Positions 40,666 through 51,546 of a DNA stretch of 64,000 nt are shown piece after piece; positions within the stretch are counted from its first letter, which is position 1, and each line of letters starts with the position of its first letter. This DNA comes from an uncultured delta proteobacterium (GTDB lineage: Bacteria; Myxococcota; Myxococcia; Myxococcales; Anaeromyxobacteraceae). Position numbers and translations under genes: made by a program. The DNA is taken from NCBI GenBank assembly GCA_963845515.1, contig CAWJSR010000010.1, positions 96,001 to 160,000 of the forward strand, written 5' to 3'. The notes beneath the pieces were generated by a model. The model was not told the origin of the DNA. It did not search any database and saw only the letters and a list, made by a program, of their open reading frames with translations.

Positions 40666-42360
40666 CTAGAACCGCTGAAATCCACCGCTACCACCGTCGC
40701 CCGCCGGCGCGCCATTCTTCTTCTTCAGCGCGGGATGCGGCAGGTTCGGCTTCTCCACGACGGGGAGCGGCCGCGCGGCGTGCGGTGCGGGGAGCGTCGG
40801 GACGTGGATCGCGCGGCCACCCCTCGAGGCCAGCATCGCCTCGCGCACCTGGAAGAAGGCGACGACCTGGAGCAGCGCCTCGGCCTGCGAGGACATCTCC
40901 TCCGCGGTGCTCGACAGCTCCTCCGCCGCCGAGGCGTTCCGCTGCGTCACCTGATCGACCTGCGACATCGCCTTCGAGACCTGCGCCACCCCGGCGCTCT
41001 GCTCCTGCGACGCCGCGGCGACCTCCTGCACCAGGTCCGCCGTCTTCCGGATCGCCGGCACCAGCTCCGCGATCAGCACGCCGCTCTTCTCGGCCACCTT
41101 GACGCTCGTGCCGGCGAGCTCGCCGATCTCCTTCGCCGCCTTCTGCGCCCGCTCGGCGAGCTTGCGGACCTCCGTCGCGACCACCGCGAACCCGCGCCCG
41201 TGCTCCCCGGCGCGCGCCGCCTCGATCGCCGCGTTCAGCGCCAGGAGGTTCGTCTGGTAGGCGATCTCCTCGATGATCGAGATCTTCTCGGCGATCGACT
41301 TCATCGCCCCCACCGTCTCGTCGACGGCCTTCCCGCTCTCGTCCGCGTTCCGCGCCCCGGCGTTCGCCATCTGCTCCGTCTGCCGGGAGTTCTCCGCGTT
41401 CTGCGTGATCGACGCGCTCATCTCCTCCAGCGAGGAGGTCGTCTCCTCGACGCTCGCCGCCTGCTCGCCGGTCCCCTGCGACAGGCTCTGCGACGTCGAC
41501 GAGACCTGCGACGACGCCGCCGTCAGCGCCTCCGCGCCGCCGCGCACCTCGCCGATCACCTCGCCCAGCTTCTCCACCATGTTCTTCACCGCCGCGAGCA
41601 GCCGCCCGGTCTCGTCGCCGCGGTCGACCGTCGGGGCCTCGCGCAGGTCTCCGGCCGCCATCTTCTCCACCACGGCGACCACCACGCCGATCGGGCCGGT
41701 GATCGACTGCGTGATGTAGAGGCTGACGAGCACGCCGAAGAGCACGCCGGCGACCAGGATGAGGACCATCGTGCTCCTGACCGACCCGCGCGTCCCCTCG
41801 ATGACGTTGTCCTGCTCCTCCATCTCGGCGACGTGGCGCGCGGAGATGGCGTCGGCGACCTCGACGAGGTCGCGCACGGCGTCCTTGACCGGCCCGAGCG
41901 CCTCGTTCGCCTGGTGCGGCGTCGTGATCTCACCTGACCTGACCCGGGCCTGGACGTCCGAGAAGCCCGCCTCGTACGCCGCGAGCCCGCGCGTCATGCT
42001 CTCGAGCGCGGTGACATCCTCGGCCGTGTCGCCCAGCCTGGGGCGAATCGCGTCCATCTCCTTCTTGAGGGCCTCGCGCTCCCCCTCCCAGTTCCGGAGC
42101 GCCTTCGCGCCGTCTGCCTCGCTCGCGCCGATCGAGAGCAGGTAGTCCTTCTCGAAGCGCCGAACGCCCAGGCTGTGCTTCGCGATCTCCTCGGCGAGCT
42201 GCAGGTCCTTGGCCGGACCGGACAGGATCTCGTCCGTCTTGTTGGCGACGCTCTCCACGCCCCAGTAGCCAGTAGCGGCGACCGCGAGCGTGATCACGAG
42301 CATGATGGCGAAGCCGAGCGCGAGCCGAAGCCCGATAGGCAGGTTCTTCATTGTTCTCAT
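40666..42360 (-). CDS. Methyl-accepting chemotaxis protein (TM-sensor-TM-HAMP-signalling domain)
   Basis: [39 protein letters not shown] hairpin tip; two TMs; ends in FQRF. Confidence 0.96.
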   Translation of the reverse strand: MRTMKNLPIGLRLALGFAIMLVITLAVAATGYWGVESVANKTDEILSGPAKDLQLAEEIAKHSLGVRRFEKDYLLSIGASEADGAKALRNWEGEREALKKEMDAIRPRLGDTAEDVTALESMTRGLAAYEAGFSDVQARVRSGEITTPHQANEALGPVKDAVRDLVEVADAISARHVAEMEEQDNVIEGTRGSVRSTMVLILVAGVLFGVLVSLYITQSITGPIGVVVAVVEKMAAGDLREAPTVDRGDETGRLLAAVKNMVEKLGEVIGEVRGGAEALTAASSQVSSTSQSLSQGTGEQAASVEETTSSLEEMSASITQNAENSRQTEQMANAGARNADESGKAVDETVGAMKSIAEKISIIEEIAYQTNLLALNAAIEAARAGEHGRGFAVVATEVRKLAERAQKAAKEIGELAGTSVKVAEKSGVLIAELVPAIRKTADLVQEVAAASQEQSAGVAQVSKAMSQVDQVTQRNASAAEELSSTAEEMSSQAEALLQVVAFFQVREAMLASRGGRAIHVPTLPAPHAARPLPVVEKPNLPHPALKKKNGAPAGDGGSGGFQRF

Positions 42361-42601
42361 CCCCTCATTCCCAGCCGAGTTCTTCGGCCGCATCCGCCCA
42401 GGGCGGTTCAGGGCTGCTCTGCAACCTCAGGCCCCCCGGCTTTCACGCTTCGTGCACCGACCAGCGCCGAAACCCGGAGTCAGTACAGTCACATGGTGAC
42501 GGGGCTTGAAAAGGTGCGACGAGGCGCCTCACGCGGCGATCCAGACCCCGGGTACGGCGCAACCCGCCCCCCCCTGCTCGCGTCGACTTGGAGCCCGCAG
42601 C

Positions 42602-44574
42602 CTACTTCTGGCCGAGCCGCAGCGGCACGCGGACGGGCACGGGCTCGCCCTCGTACGGCGTGAAGGACATCTTCATCGCCACCCGCTTCAGGCACTTGCC
42701 AAGCTGCGAGCTCGAGAGCCCATCGTCGTCGATGAACGCGTCGTTCGCGTTTCCGGTCGGCGCGACCTCGACGTAGAGATCGACGGAGCGGCCCACGTAG
42801 GAGGCGTCCGGGCCGCCCGACGCGGCGCGCACGCACTCGTCGAACGACACGCCGGTCCGGGCGATCACCGCACGGACCTCGGCCGCGTCGAGCCCCTTGC
42901 GCTTCGCCGTCGCTGCCGGCGGCGCTGCGCGGCGGCGAGCCGTGCCTTCTCCGCAGCCGCACGTTCGGCGGCGGCGGCCTTGTCGGCGGCGGCCCGCTCG
43001 GCGGTCGCCCTCGCCTGCGCCGCCTTCTCTGCGGCGGCGCGCTCGCGCTCGGCACGCGCCTCACGGTCACGCTCGGCGCGCTGCTCGCGCTCCGCCCTGG
43101 CCTGGTCCGCCTTCTCCTGCGCTGCGCGCTCGCGCTCCGCTCGCGCCTCCCGGTCCTGATTGGCGCGCGCCTCGCGCTCCGCCCTGGCCCGGTCCGCCTT
43201 CTCCTGGGCGGTCGCCCTGGCCTGCGCAGCCCTCTCGGCCTTCTCCTGCGCAGCGCGCTCGCGGTCGGCCTTGGCCTGCGCAGCCTTGTCAGCCTTCTCC
43301 TGCGCAGCCCGCTCACGCTCGGCCTGCCTGCGATCGGCGGCCGTCTCTAGCGGAGCGGGATCGACCTTCGGCGGAGGCGGGCGGAGGGGCGTGGCCTCCG
43401 CGACTGGCGGCGGCACGGGAGCCGTCTCGGGGGAGTACGGCCGGCGGCTGGACGGGAGGTGGTGGCGGCCGGGCGGCCGCGCGGCGACAGGCGGGGGCGC
43501 GATCGGCTGTTGCGCAACCGTGGCTGGAGCGCCGGGGCGCAGGGCGAGGAACGCGCCCAGACCGACCGCAACGACGGCCGCCGAGCCGAGCCCGATGATG
43601 AGGGCCAGTGGCAGGCGGCGCCCGGGCGGCCCTTCACGGCGATGCGCCGCGATCTCGGCCGCCGCCTTCGCCCCCAGATCCGGCACCGGCGCGATCGGCT
43701 CTGGAGTGATGGAGCGGGGCTGACGCGCCGTGGGACCCGCGGGTTCCACGTCCGGGAAGCCGGGGGCTGGGAAGTTGGTGATCGTCTGCCCGTGCAGCGT
43801 GACGGGGGACGGGAAGCCCGGGCTCGTCGCGTTGGGGTTCCCGCGCGCAGGGAAGCCGGCGCCCGTCGCGGAGCGCGGCGTCGCGGCGGACGGGAAGCCA
43901 GCGGCCTGAGGCGGAGAGATCGCCATGCCCGCGAACGGATCGAACGGCTCCTCACGGGACCGGGAGGGAGCCGGCGATGGCGGCTCTGGGAGGTCCAGCT
44001 CGGGCGGGAACGGGTCGTCGGAGGGCAGCTCGGGATCGAACGCGGGGAAGTCGAAGGCGGGGCGTGCGGCTGCAGGCTGCACCGGCTTGCGAGCTGGCTC
44101 GACCGGGGGGACCGACCAGCCGGCGGAGGCAGGCTCGGCGGGTGCCGGCATCGAGACGGTCGGACGTCCCGCGGATGGCGCTGCCGCCCGGGGCGGCGCT
44201 GGCTGCGGCTTCCCCGCCGCCGCCCCCGGCATCACGGTCCGTGAGAACTGTGAGTCAGGTGTGTCGATGCGAGGACGAGCGGGCCCGGGCGCTACGAGCG
44301 ATGCTCCCGACGTTGGCGAAGCCGCCGGGCGGCTCGGCGCCGCAGGGCGCGACGGCGCTGCTGCGGGACGCGGCGCGGCGGGACGCGGCGCGGCGGACTG
44401 CGCGCCCGCAGGCGGCAGCGTCGACACGGCCACCGGATGATCGCTCCCGGGCAGCATCGAAATGACGATGTCGTGCCCGCACTTGCAGCGGATCCGGTAG
44501 ACCTTGCCCGGGACCGGGTCGTCGGCGCTCGAGTAATGCTTCCCGCAGTGGTCGCAGTCGAACTTCACGGCCAC
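42602..44574 (-). CDS. Zinc-ribbon/Pro-rich/TM/coiled-coil protein with AgmX/PglI-like C-terminal domain (frameshift near 42870-42920)
   Basis: N-terminal CDHC...CKC, Pro-rich linker, TM, ERAAQEKA repeats; C-terminal frame ECV...LGKCLKRVAMKMSF..PVRVPL. Confidence 0.65.
42930..43330 (-). repeat. Intragenic tandem repeats encoding (E)RAAQEKA(D/E)xA(Q/R)A coiled-coil units
   Basis: Recurring GCCTTCTC-containing units on the + strand, about 6-7 imperfect copies. Confidence 0.7.
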
Positions 44575-44650
44575 ATCCTACGGTCGGCTGGGGGTGTGCG
44601 CCAGCCCTCCCACTCTTCGATATCGGCGCCGGATGGCCCGGCGCACGGCG

Positions 44651-45130
44651 TCAGAGCCGCCGCTTCTGGTAAGTGCCCATCAACTCCGCGGAGGCCAGGA
44701 CGTGGCCCTGAAGCGCCTTCTCCACCGCACCCTTGGTCGGAAGCCCCAGATCCCCGAGCGCGACGTCGAGCGCGTAGAGCTTGAAGAAGTAGCGGTGGCG
44801 GCCGATCGGCGGGCACGGACCTCCGTACCCGGTGCGGCGCCAGTCGTTGGTGCCCTCCCGCGTCCCAGCCGGCAGCGCCGACGTCTTCACCGCCTCGGGA
44901 AGCCCCGTGGCGGACGCTGGCAGATCGTAGAGGACCCAGTGGACCCACGTCATCTTGGGCGCCTTGGGATCCGGCGCGTCGGGGTCGTCGACGATGAGGA
45001 CCAGGCTCACCGTCTCGCGCGGCACGTTGCGCCACGCGAGCGCGGGCGAGAGGTCCTGCCCCTCGCACGTGTGGAGGGTCGGGATCTCGGCTCCGCTTCC
45101 GAAGGCCGGCGAGGAAAGCTCTAGCGCCAT
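44651..45130 (-). CDS. YbhB/YbcL (PEBP/Raf kinase inhibitor-like) protein
   Basis: DPDAP, WVHWV, YGGPCPP, HRYFFKLYALD. Confidence 0.93.
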   Translation of the reverse strand: MALELSSPAFGSGAEIPTLHTCEGQDLSPALAWRNVPRETVSLVLIVDDPDAPDPKAPKMTWVHWVLYDLPASATGLPEAVKTSALPAGTREGTNDWRRTGYGGPCPPIGRHRYFFKLYALDVALGDLGLPTKGAVEKALQGHVLASAELMGTYQKRRL

Positions 45131-45338
45131 GGGCTCGTCTCCTCGTCGCATCTTAACCCCGTCGACGGCGAAGGCAGCCGCCCCTCGAGTGACGCCGGTG
45201 TCGCGGCTCCCCCTGCCCCCGGGATCCGGATGCTGCTAGAGTGCCGACGGTATCGCGAGATACCGCGGGCGCCCAGGGGGCGCCCGTCGTCTTGGTCACC
45301 GGGCGGGTTGCCTGCGGTCGGGTCGGGAGGCGTGGAGG

Positions 45339-48107
45339 ATGGGGTCGCAGGGAGTCGCATCGCGTGCGCGGGGTGAGAAGGCTGCGCAGCTCACTCGTTT
45401 CCACCAGCGGATCGCCGCAGAGGCGCTGACCGCTCGCGGCGGCGGCGGCGCGGCACGCCTGACGCCGGCCCTCGTCCACTCGGCGGTCGACCTCAACCCG
45501 CACCAGATCGAGGCGGCTGCCTTCGCCCTGGCGGCCCTGCCCACCGGCGGCGCCATCCTCGCCGACGAGGTCGGGCTGGGGAAGACGGTCGAGGCGGGGC
45601 TCGTCCTGTCCCAGCTCGCCGCCGAGGGGCGGAACCGGATCCTGATCCTGGTCCCCTCGTCGCTGCGGGCCCAGTGGAGGAACGAGCTCCAGTCCAAGTT
45701 CGGGATGGAGTCGACCCTGGTGGACGGCGACTCGTTCCGCGCCTCGGAGAAGCTGGGGCTGCGCACCAACCTCTTCGACACCGGCGGCATCGTCATCGCG
45801 TCGCACCAGTTCGCGGCGATGCGCGGGGCGGAGATCGAGCGCGTCCCCTGGGATCTCGCGGTGATCGACGAGGCCCACCGGCTGCGGAACGCCTACCGGC
45901 GCGATCACCGGACCGGCCAGGCGCTGCGCAAGGCGCTCCGCAAGTGCCCGAAGCTCCTGCTCACGGCGACGCCGCTCCAGAACGACATCATGGAGCTGCT
46001 CGGGCTCGCCGCCTTCATCGACGACGCGCTGCTCGGCAACGAGGAGACCTTCCGGCTCCAGTACGCCACCGGCGAGCTGACCGAGGAGAAGGCGGCCGAC
46101 CTCAAGGCGCGGCTGGCGCCAGTCGTCATCCGAACGCTCCGCCGCCAGGTGCGGGAGTACGTGAAGTACACGGCGCGCCGGTCCTTCGTGGAGGACTTCG
46201 CGCCGAGCGCGCAGGAGCAGGAGCTCTACGATCGGGTCTCCGAGTACCTCCGCCGCGAGGACGCCTACGCGATCCCGCAGGCCCGGCGCGCCCTCTTCGT
46301 CCTCGTCTACCGGAAGATCCTCGCCTCCTCCTCCTTCGCGCTCGCGGCCACGCTCGACCGGCTCGCCGACTCGCTAGACGAGAAGCTGGCGGGCGTCGAG
46401 TGCACCGCCCAGGCCGACCTGCTCCTCGAGATGGAGGGCTTCGACGACGAGCTCGAGGAGCTCTTCGACGAAGGCACCGCCGCGGCGCGCCCGAAGGGGC
46501 CCGTGGCCGTGCGGAAGATGACGGCCGAGCTGGACGAGCTGCGCGCCTGCGCGAAGCTCGCCCGCACCATCACGCAGAACGCCAAGGGGGACGCGCTCGT
46601 CCGCGGCCTCGACCGGTGCTTCACCGTGGCGAAGGCCTGCGGCTGGCCGGACAAGGCGGTCGTCTTCACCGAGTTCCGCCGGACGCAGGACTACCTGGCG
46701 AAGCTCCTCGCGTCGAAGGGCTACACGGTCACCTGCCTCTCGGGCGACGTGAGCGGCGCCGAGAAGCGGCAGGCGCTGGTCGAGGAGTTCCGGGACACGA
46801 CCCAGATCCTCCTGATGACCGAGGCGGGGGCGGAGGGGCTCAACCTCCAGTTCTGCAACCTCGTCGTGAACTACGACCTCCCCTGGAACCCACAGCGGGT
46901 CGAGCAGCGGATCGGGCGGTGCCACAGGTACGGGCAGACGCGCGACGTGCTGGTCCTCAACTTCCTCAACCGGCAGAACGCCGCCGACGCGCGGCTCTTC
47001 GACCTGCTCTCGCAGAAGCTCGCCCTCTTCGACGGCGTCTTCGGCTCCTCCGACGAGATCCTCGGGGCGCTCGGCAGCGGCATCGACTTCGAGAAGCGCG
47101 TCCTGGACATCTACCAGTCCTGCCGCTCGCCCGACGAGGTGGATCAGGCCTTCAACGTGCTCCGCGAGGACCTGGACGGACGGATCAACGCCCGCTTCGC
47201 GGCGGCCCGCACGCTCCTCTTCGAGCGGTTCGACGGCGAGGTTCGCGGCAAGCTCCGGCTGGCCGAGCAGGTGGCGCGCGAGGCGGTGGCGAAGCGCGAG
47301 GCGGACGAGGACGCCCTCGTCGCCTCCGTCTTCGACGAGGGGGTGCCCGCCGGGTCCGAGCCCGAGCCCGCCGGCGACGCGGAGCCCACGAAGGGGCGCT
47401 CGAAGCGCGCGAAGCTCGTGAAGGAGGCCGCGGCGAAGGTGCGCGCGCGGCCGCAGGACTCGGTCGCGTTCCTGGAGCTCGCGTCGCGCGACCTGCCGCC
47501 GCCGCTCGGGGTGCTGGCCGGGCGCGAGGGCTGGTGGTTCGCCTACAAGTACACGCTCGACGCGCTCGTCTCCGAGGAGAAGGTCATCCACCTCGTCCTC
47601 TGGTTCGACGGCGAGAGGTTCCGGGCGCTGCCGCAGGAGGAGGCCGAGGCCTTCGCCACGCTGCCGGCGGCGGAGTCGAAGGCGGGGCCACGGGGCGCGA
47701 CGGTCTCGATCGGCGAGCAGCAGGAGGTGGAGCTCACCTCGATCCGCGCGAAGCTCCTCGGCGAGCTCCAGGAGAGGATCGGCGGCACGTTCGACGCGGC
47801 GCGCGACCGCTGGGACCGCGCCGTCGAGGACGGGCTGGCCGCGCCGCGCAAGGCGACCGACGACGCGCGGACCGCCTGGGGGCGCGCGCGCGCCGGCCTC
47901 GCGGAGAAGAGCGACCTGCCGATGCGCGACCGCCGCGCGCTGCTGGAGCGGGCCGAGCGCGACTACCGCCGCCGGCTCGACGACCTGCGCGCGCTGGAGG
48001 CGACGCGCTACGGCGAGAAGGACCGCGCCATCACCGAACTGAAGAAGAAGGCCGAGGTGAAGGAGAAGCGGACGCTCGTGGCGACGGCCTACTGGCGCTG
48101 CAGCTGA
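45339..48107 (+). CDS. SNF2/RapA-family helicase with C-terminal coiled coil (start uncertain)
   Basis: LNPHQ, LADEVGLGKT, IDEAHRLRN, LTATPLQN, EGLNLQFC, YDLPWNPQRVEQRIGRCHRYGQ. Confidence 0.92.
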   Translation: MGSQGVASRARGEKAAQLTRFHQRIAAEALTARGGGGAARLTPALVHSAVDLNPHQIEAAAFALAALPTGGAILADEVGLGKTVEAGLVLSQLAAEGRNRILILVPSSLRAQWRNELQSKFGMESTLVDGDSFRASEKLGLRTNLFDTGGIVIASHQFAAMRGAEIERVPWDLAVIDEAHRLRNAYRRDHRTGQALRKALRKCPKLLLTATPLQNDIMELLGLAAFIDDALLGNEETFRLQYATGELTEEKAADLKARLAPVVIRTLRRQVREYVKYTARRSFVEDFAPSAQEQELYDRVSEYLRREDAYAIPQARRALFVLVYRKILASSSFALAATLDRLADSLDEKLAGVECTAQADLLLEMEGFDDELEELFDEGTAAARPKGPVAVRKMTAELDELRACAKLARTITQNAKGDALVRGLDRCFTVAKACGWPDKAVVFTEFRRTQDYLAKLLASKGYTVTCLSGDVSGAEKRQALVEEFRDTTQILLMTEAGAEGLNLQFCNLVVNYDLPWNPQRVEQRIGRCHRYGQTRDVLVLNFLNRQNAADARLFDLLSQKLALFDGVFGSSDEILGALGSGIDFEKRVLDIYQSCRSPDEVDQAFNVLREDLDGRINARFAAARTLLFERFDGEVRGKLRLAEQVAREAVAKREADEDALVASVFDEGVPAGSEPEPAGDAEPTKGRSKRAKLVKEAAAKVRARPQDSVAFLELASRDLPPPLGVLAGREGWWFAYKYTLDALVSEEKVIHLVLWFDGERFRALPQEEAEAFATLPAAESKAGPRGATVSIGEQQEVELTSIRAKLLGELQERIGGTFDAARDRWDRAVEDGLAAPRKATDDARTAWGRARAGLAEKSDLPMRDRRALLERAERDYRRRLDDLRALEATRYGEKDRAITELKKKAEVKEKRTLVATAYWRCS

Positions 48108-48124
48108 CCGGGCCATGGTGACCG

Positions 48125-48163
48125 TCCCCTCGCCCTCATCGAGGGAGAGGGCAAGGGTGAGGG
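48125..48163. repeat. Palindromic repeat family, copy 2
   Basis: TCCCCTCGCCCTCATCGAGGGAGAGGGCAAGGGTGAGGG downstream of the helicase. Confidence 0.7.
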
Positions 48164-48222
48164 AGCGACCAAGGCGCCGCGTGGTGCGGCCGGTCGGACC
48201 TCAGCGCCTGTTCTTCAGCAGC

Positions 48223-48573
48223 CTAGCGCCGCAAGAGCCACTCGGCAGCCGCCTGAAGCGTGACAACAACCGCCAGACATGCTCGCCAGCGTCGCCTCAC
48301 CATGGCGAACACTGCCAGACCTGCTGCCACGGCACCCACGCAACCCGCTGCGAATGCGTACGACTCATACGCAAAGCGGCTCCGGTAGATGAGGCCGCCC
48401 TCGCCAATCATCGCTTCCGACCCGAAATGATAGGCGAGCCCCGCCTCTTGCGAGGCAAACGCCAACCCCCGCCACTCGAGAAGCCACACAACCGCATAGA
48501 GAAGCTCGCTGGCCCCGACCACACCGAGGCAGCCCAGCCACAGCCAGCGAAGCCTCGAGGTTCCCGATTTCAT
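48223..48573 (-). CDS. Hypothetical membrane protein with atypical, less GC-biased codons
   Basis: 116-aa ORF with about 3 hydrophobic segments, starting 2 nt after the DAGK stop. Confidence 0.5.
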   Translation of the reverse strand: MKSGTSRLRWLWLGCLGVVGASELLYAVVWLLEWRGLAFASQEAGLAYHFGSEAMIGEGGLIYRSRFAYESYAFAAGCVGAVAAGLAVFAMVRRRWRACLAVVVTLQAAAEWLLRR

Positions 48574-48574
48574 C

Positions 48575-49507
48575 TCATCCGCCGCCCACCCGCACCCTCA
48601 GCGCCCCCGGCAGCACCGTGACCTTCGCCGGCAGCCGGCCGGGCTGCTCGCCGTCGAGGTCCAGTGGCAGGGCTCCCCCGCCCAGCGGGACCAGCTCCAG
48701 CTCGCTCACCCGCAGCACCTCCGTCTTCGGGAGCGAGACGTGTCGGCCGTCGTAGAGCTTCCGACGCTGCAGCGCCAGGTCGAGCGCGCCGTAGCCCTTC
48801 CAGAGCACGAGGTCGAAGCGGCCGTCGTCCAGCCTCGCGTCGGGGGCCACCTTCATCCCGCCGCCGAAGAAGCGGCCGTTGCAGCACGACAGCGCCGTGA
48901 TCCGGTCCTCGCGCCACGCGCCGCCGTCGGCGCGCCAGCGGACCAGCCGGTCCGACCAGGAGAGCATCGCCCGCGCGCTCGCGATGAAGAAGGTCAGCTT
49001 CCCGGACACGAGCCGGCGCCCGGAGTTGACGTTGGCCGCCACCACCGCCGAGACCCCGCAGGTGGCGACGTTGACGAAGTGGCGGACGAAGGGCGCGCCG
49101 CCGTTGCCGACGAGCTCGGCGCGGCCGAGGTCGATCACCATCGTCCCGGGGTGGGCGAGGGCGCGCGCCGCGGTCCTGACGTCGTCGCTCAGCCCCAGGG
49201 AGCGGCGCAGGTCTCCGCCCGTTCCGTGCGGGATGAAGCCGACCTCCAGCGACGGGTCGGCCGTGACCCCGGCGGCGGCCAGCCCGTCGATCACCTCGCT
49301 GGCGGTGCCGTCGCCACCGACGGCGACGATGAACCGCCTCCCGAGCACGTAGGCCTCGCGCGCGAGCCGAGCGCCATCGCCGGCCGAGAGCGTGAACGCC
49401 CACTCCACCTCCCCCACCGCCGCCCGGACCTCGCGCAGGATCCGATCGAAGTGACGGCCGGTCCAGCCGCCCGCGCTGTGGGGGTTGACGACGAGGAACG
49501 GCTTCAC
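48575..49507 (-). CDS. Diacylglycerol/lipid kinase family protein (YegS/DgkB-like)
   Basis: VVNPHSAGG, VGGDGT, IPHGTGGD, NGRFFGGGM, DLDGE. Confidence 0.92.
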   Translation of the reverse strand: MKPFLVVNPHSAGGWTGRHFDRILREVRAAVGEVEWAFTLSAGDGARLAREAYVLGRRFIVAVGGDGTASEVIDGLAAAGVTADPSLEVGFIPHGTGGDLRRSLGLSDDVRTAARALAHPGTMVIDLGRAELVGNGGAPFVRHFVNVATCGVSAVVAANVNSGRRLVSGKLTFFIASARAMLSWSDRLVRWRADGGAWREDRITALSCCNGRFFGGGMKVAPDARLDDGRFDLVLWKGYGALDLALQRRKLYDGRHVSLPKTEVLRVSELELVPLGGGALPLDLDGEQPGRLPAKVTVLPGALRVRVGGG

Positions 49508-49956
49508 GGGCGCGGGCTCCGCTTGCCGCGCCCCTGATCCGCCGTGGCGCGCTGCTGCGCCAGCGCCCGGAGCTGCTCGACGATCCGGGAGATCGGGACC
49601 CCCGATGGGCACGCGTCGTCGCAGTCGCGGCAGCCCTCGCAGGCGGCGAGGAGCGCGGCGGCCGAGCCGATCTCGCCGAGGTGCTTCGCGTGGAGCCGGA
49701 AGACCGACTGGAGCCCGAGCGCGCCGGCGCCCCCGGAGCGCAGCCTGCAGCGCGGCTCGCAGAGGCCGCAGCCCGTGCACGCGGCGGCGGCGAGCGCGAT
49801 CTCGCGGTCCTCCGCGCGCGTCGGGATGCACCCCTCGCCGAAGTAGGCCTCCGCGAAGCGCTCCTTCGCCGAGGTTCGCCGCGCCGCCTTGCGCAGCGGC
49901 TGGACGACGACGAAGCGCCACCCGAGCCAGGCGATGGAGGTCAGGCGGCTGGTCAC
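49504..49956 (-). CDS. Small 2x[4Fe-4S] protein (GlpC N-terminal-like)
   Basis: CTGCGLCEPRC and CEGCRDCDDACPSGVP motifs; follows glpB. Confidence 0.75.
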   Translation of the reverse strand: MTSRLTSIAWLGWRFVVVQPLRKAARRTSAKERFAEAYFGEGCIPTRAEDREIALAAAACTGCGLCEPRCRLRSGGAGALGLQSVFRLHAKHLGEIGSAAALLAACEGCRDCDDACPSGVPISRIVEQLRALAQQRATADQGRGKRSPRP

Positions 49957-51260
49957 GGCAGCCTCCCGGCAGCCGAGCGCCCGGCCAGCCAGCCGGTGAG
50001 GATCGCGAGGCCGAGCCCCGTGCCGTCGACCGCCTGCTCGTGCCCACCGATGAGCGCACCGGCCGCGAAGAGCCGCGCGTGGATCGGCTCCCCATCCTCG
50101 CCGAGCGGCCGGAGGCTGGCGTCGACCTGGATCCCGGCGGAGAGCAGCGGCTGGTCGATCCGGCGGTCCCGGTGCGTCAGCGTCGCCGCCGGCCGGTCGG
50201 CGAGGTGGACGCCGGCCTGCCCGCCCTCGGCGGCCAGGATCGGAAGACCCAGGAGCGGCTCTCGCAGGCCGCGGTGGCGCACGACGCCGCCGCCCGCGAA
50301 GCGCCCCGTGGCCAGCACCCAGGCCCGCGCCTCGATCTCCAGCCCTGCCACCTGGATCGGGTCGTCGAGCCTCATCGGCGACGCCGGGGAGCCCACCACC
50401 AGCTCGACCCCCGCCGACGCGAGCGCCTGGAGCAGCGCGGCGTCCAGCCTGAGGCCCGGAACGCTCGGCAGGTCGGAGAGGCTCTCCGCCACGGGGAGCC
50501 CAGCGCGCTCCGAGATCCGCTCTGCGACCCGTGCCTGTGGCGAGAGCCCGAGGACCGGCGGCAGGAGCGCTGCGGTCGCGCCGGCTGGGAGGAGGGCGCG
50601 GAGGCGGTCCCCCAGCGCCTCGGCGGCCCCCGGGGCCTCCAGCGCGAGCGCCAGCGCGTGGGGCATCGCGACCGGTCCACCGATCCCGACCGGGAGCGGA
50701 AGCTCCACCTCAACGGCGTGGGGCGCGCCCAGCCTCCCGAGCCGGCGGAGTCCGTCCGCCATCAGCGCGGCGTCCCAGGCGAGGCTGTCTGCGAAGCCGA
50801 CCACGGCGAGCGTCCCGCGCAGGGCGGCGAGGTCTCCCGCGGCCTGCGTGCGCTGGCAGAGGGCGCACGCGACCGCCGTCCCCAGCGGCGTGGCGACGAA
50901 CCGGCTGCGCTCCAGCGGCGGCGCGTACAGGTCGCCGAGCGCGCTGGCGGCGAAGGCGAGCGCCTCGGGGTAGCGCTCTAGCGCCTCACCGACGACGGCG
51001 TACGGGTGCTCCGGGTGGGCCGCGGCGAGTCGGCGTGCCGAGTCGAGCGGTCCGCGCCGGCTCGCGAGCGGGTCGCCGGGCAGCGCCGTCTCGTCACGCG
51101 CGACCGTGACCGCCCCCGAGGAGAGCGCCGTGGCGCCGGGGGAGCGGCGCACGAGGATCACCTTCGCGCCGGTCTCTCGCGCGGCGAGGGCGGCGATCGC
51201 TCCCGCCATGCCCCCGCCGATGACGAGGACGTCCGCAGCGGTGGGCCGCCCCTCACCCAT
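49953..51260 (-). CDS. glpB: Anaerobic glycerol-3-phosphate dehydrogenase subunit B-like flavoprotein
   Basis: DVLVIGGGMAG, ATALSSG, PSVPGLRL, VLATGRFAGGG, LFAAGAL, GTGLGLAILTG. Confidence 0.82.
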   Translation of the reverse strand: MGEGRPTAADVLVIGGGMAGAIAALAARETGAKVILVRRSPGATALSSGAVTVARDETALPGDPLASRRGPLDSARRLAAAHPEHPYAVVGEALERYPEALAFAASALGDLYAPPLERSRFVATPLGTAVACALCQRTQAAGDLAALRGTLAVVGFADSLAWDAALMADGLRRLGRLGAPHAVEVELPLPVGIGGPVAMPHALALALEAPGAAEALGDRLRALLPAGATAALLPPVLGLSPQARVAERISERAGLPVAESLSDLPSVPGLRLDAALLQALASAGVELVVGSPASPMRLDDPIQVAGLEIEARAWVLATGRFAGGGVVRHRGLREPLLGLPILAAEGGQAGVHLADRPAATLTHRDRRIDQPLLSAGIQVDASLRPLGEDGEPIHARLFAAGALIGGHEQAVDGTGLGLAILTGWLAGRSAAGRLP

Positions 51261-51373
51261 GACCCGCTCCCCAGCCGGAACCATGACCATTGGCCTCATC
51301 TCGGGCTGCGTCGGCGGGAAGGGACTGCGCGGTTCGCGCTGGCCAGCGGGAATGTTCGACCTCGCTGTGAACT

Positions 51374-51546
51374 TCCCTCTCCCCCGCTCCGGCGGGGGAG
51401 AGGTCCGGTGAGGGGGCCTCCCGTTCACTCTCCGTTAGCCGTTGGACGTCACCCCAGATGGCTCGCTCCGCGTCGGTCGAGTCCCGTCGAGGTTCGCGAC
51501 GGAATCCCCCTCACCCAGCCTCTCCCCCGCGGGGGCGGGGGAGAGG
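51374..51546. repeat. Inverted pair of palindromic repeats (copies 3 and 4)
   Basis: TCCCTCTCCCCCGCTCCGGCGGGGGAGAGGTCCGGTGAGGGGG (51374-51416) and CCCCCTCACCCAGCCTCTCCCCCGCGGGGGCGGGGGAGAGG (51506-51546). Confidence 0.75.

Noticed and set aside
42930..43330. Regularly recurring repeats that could suggest a CRISPR array
   Set aside because: Imperfect, in-frame coding repeats for a coiled coil; no unique spacers and no cas genes.
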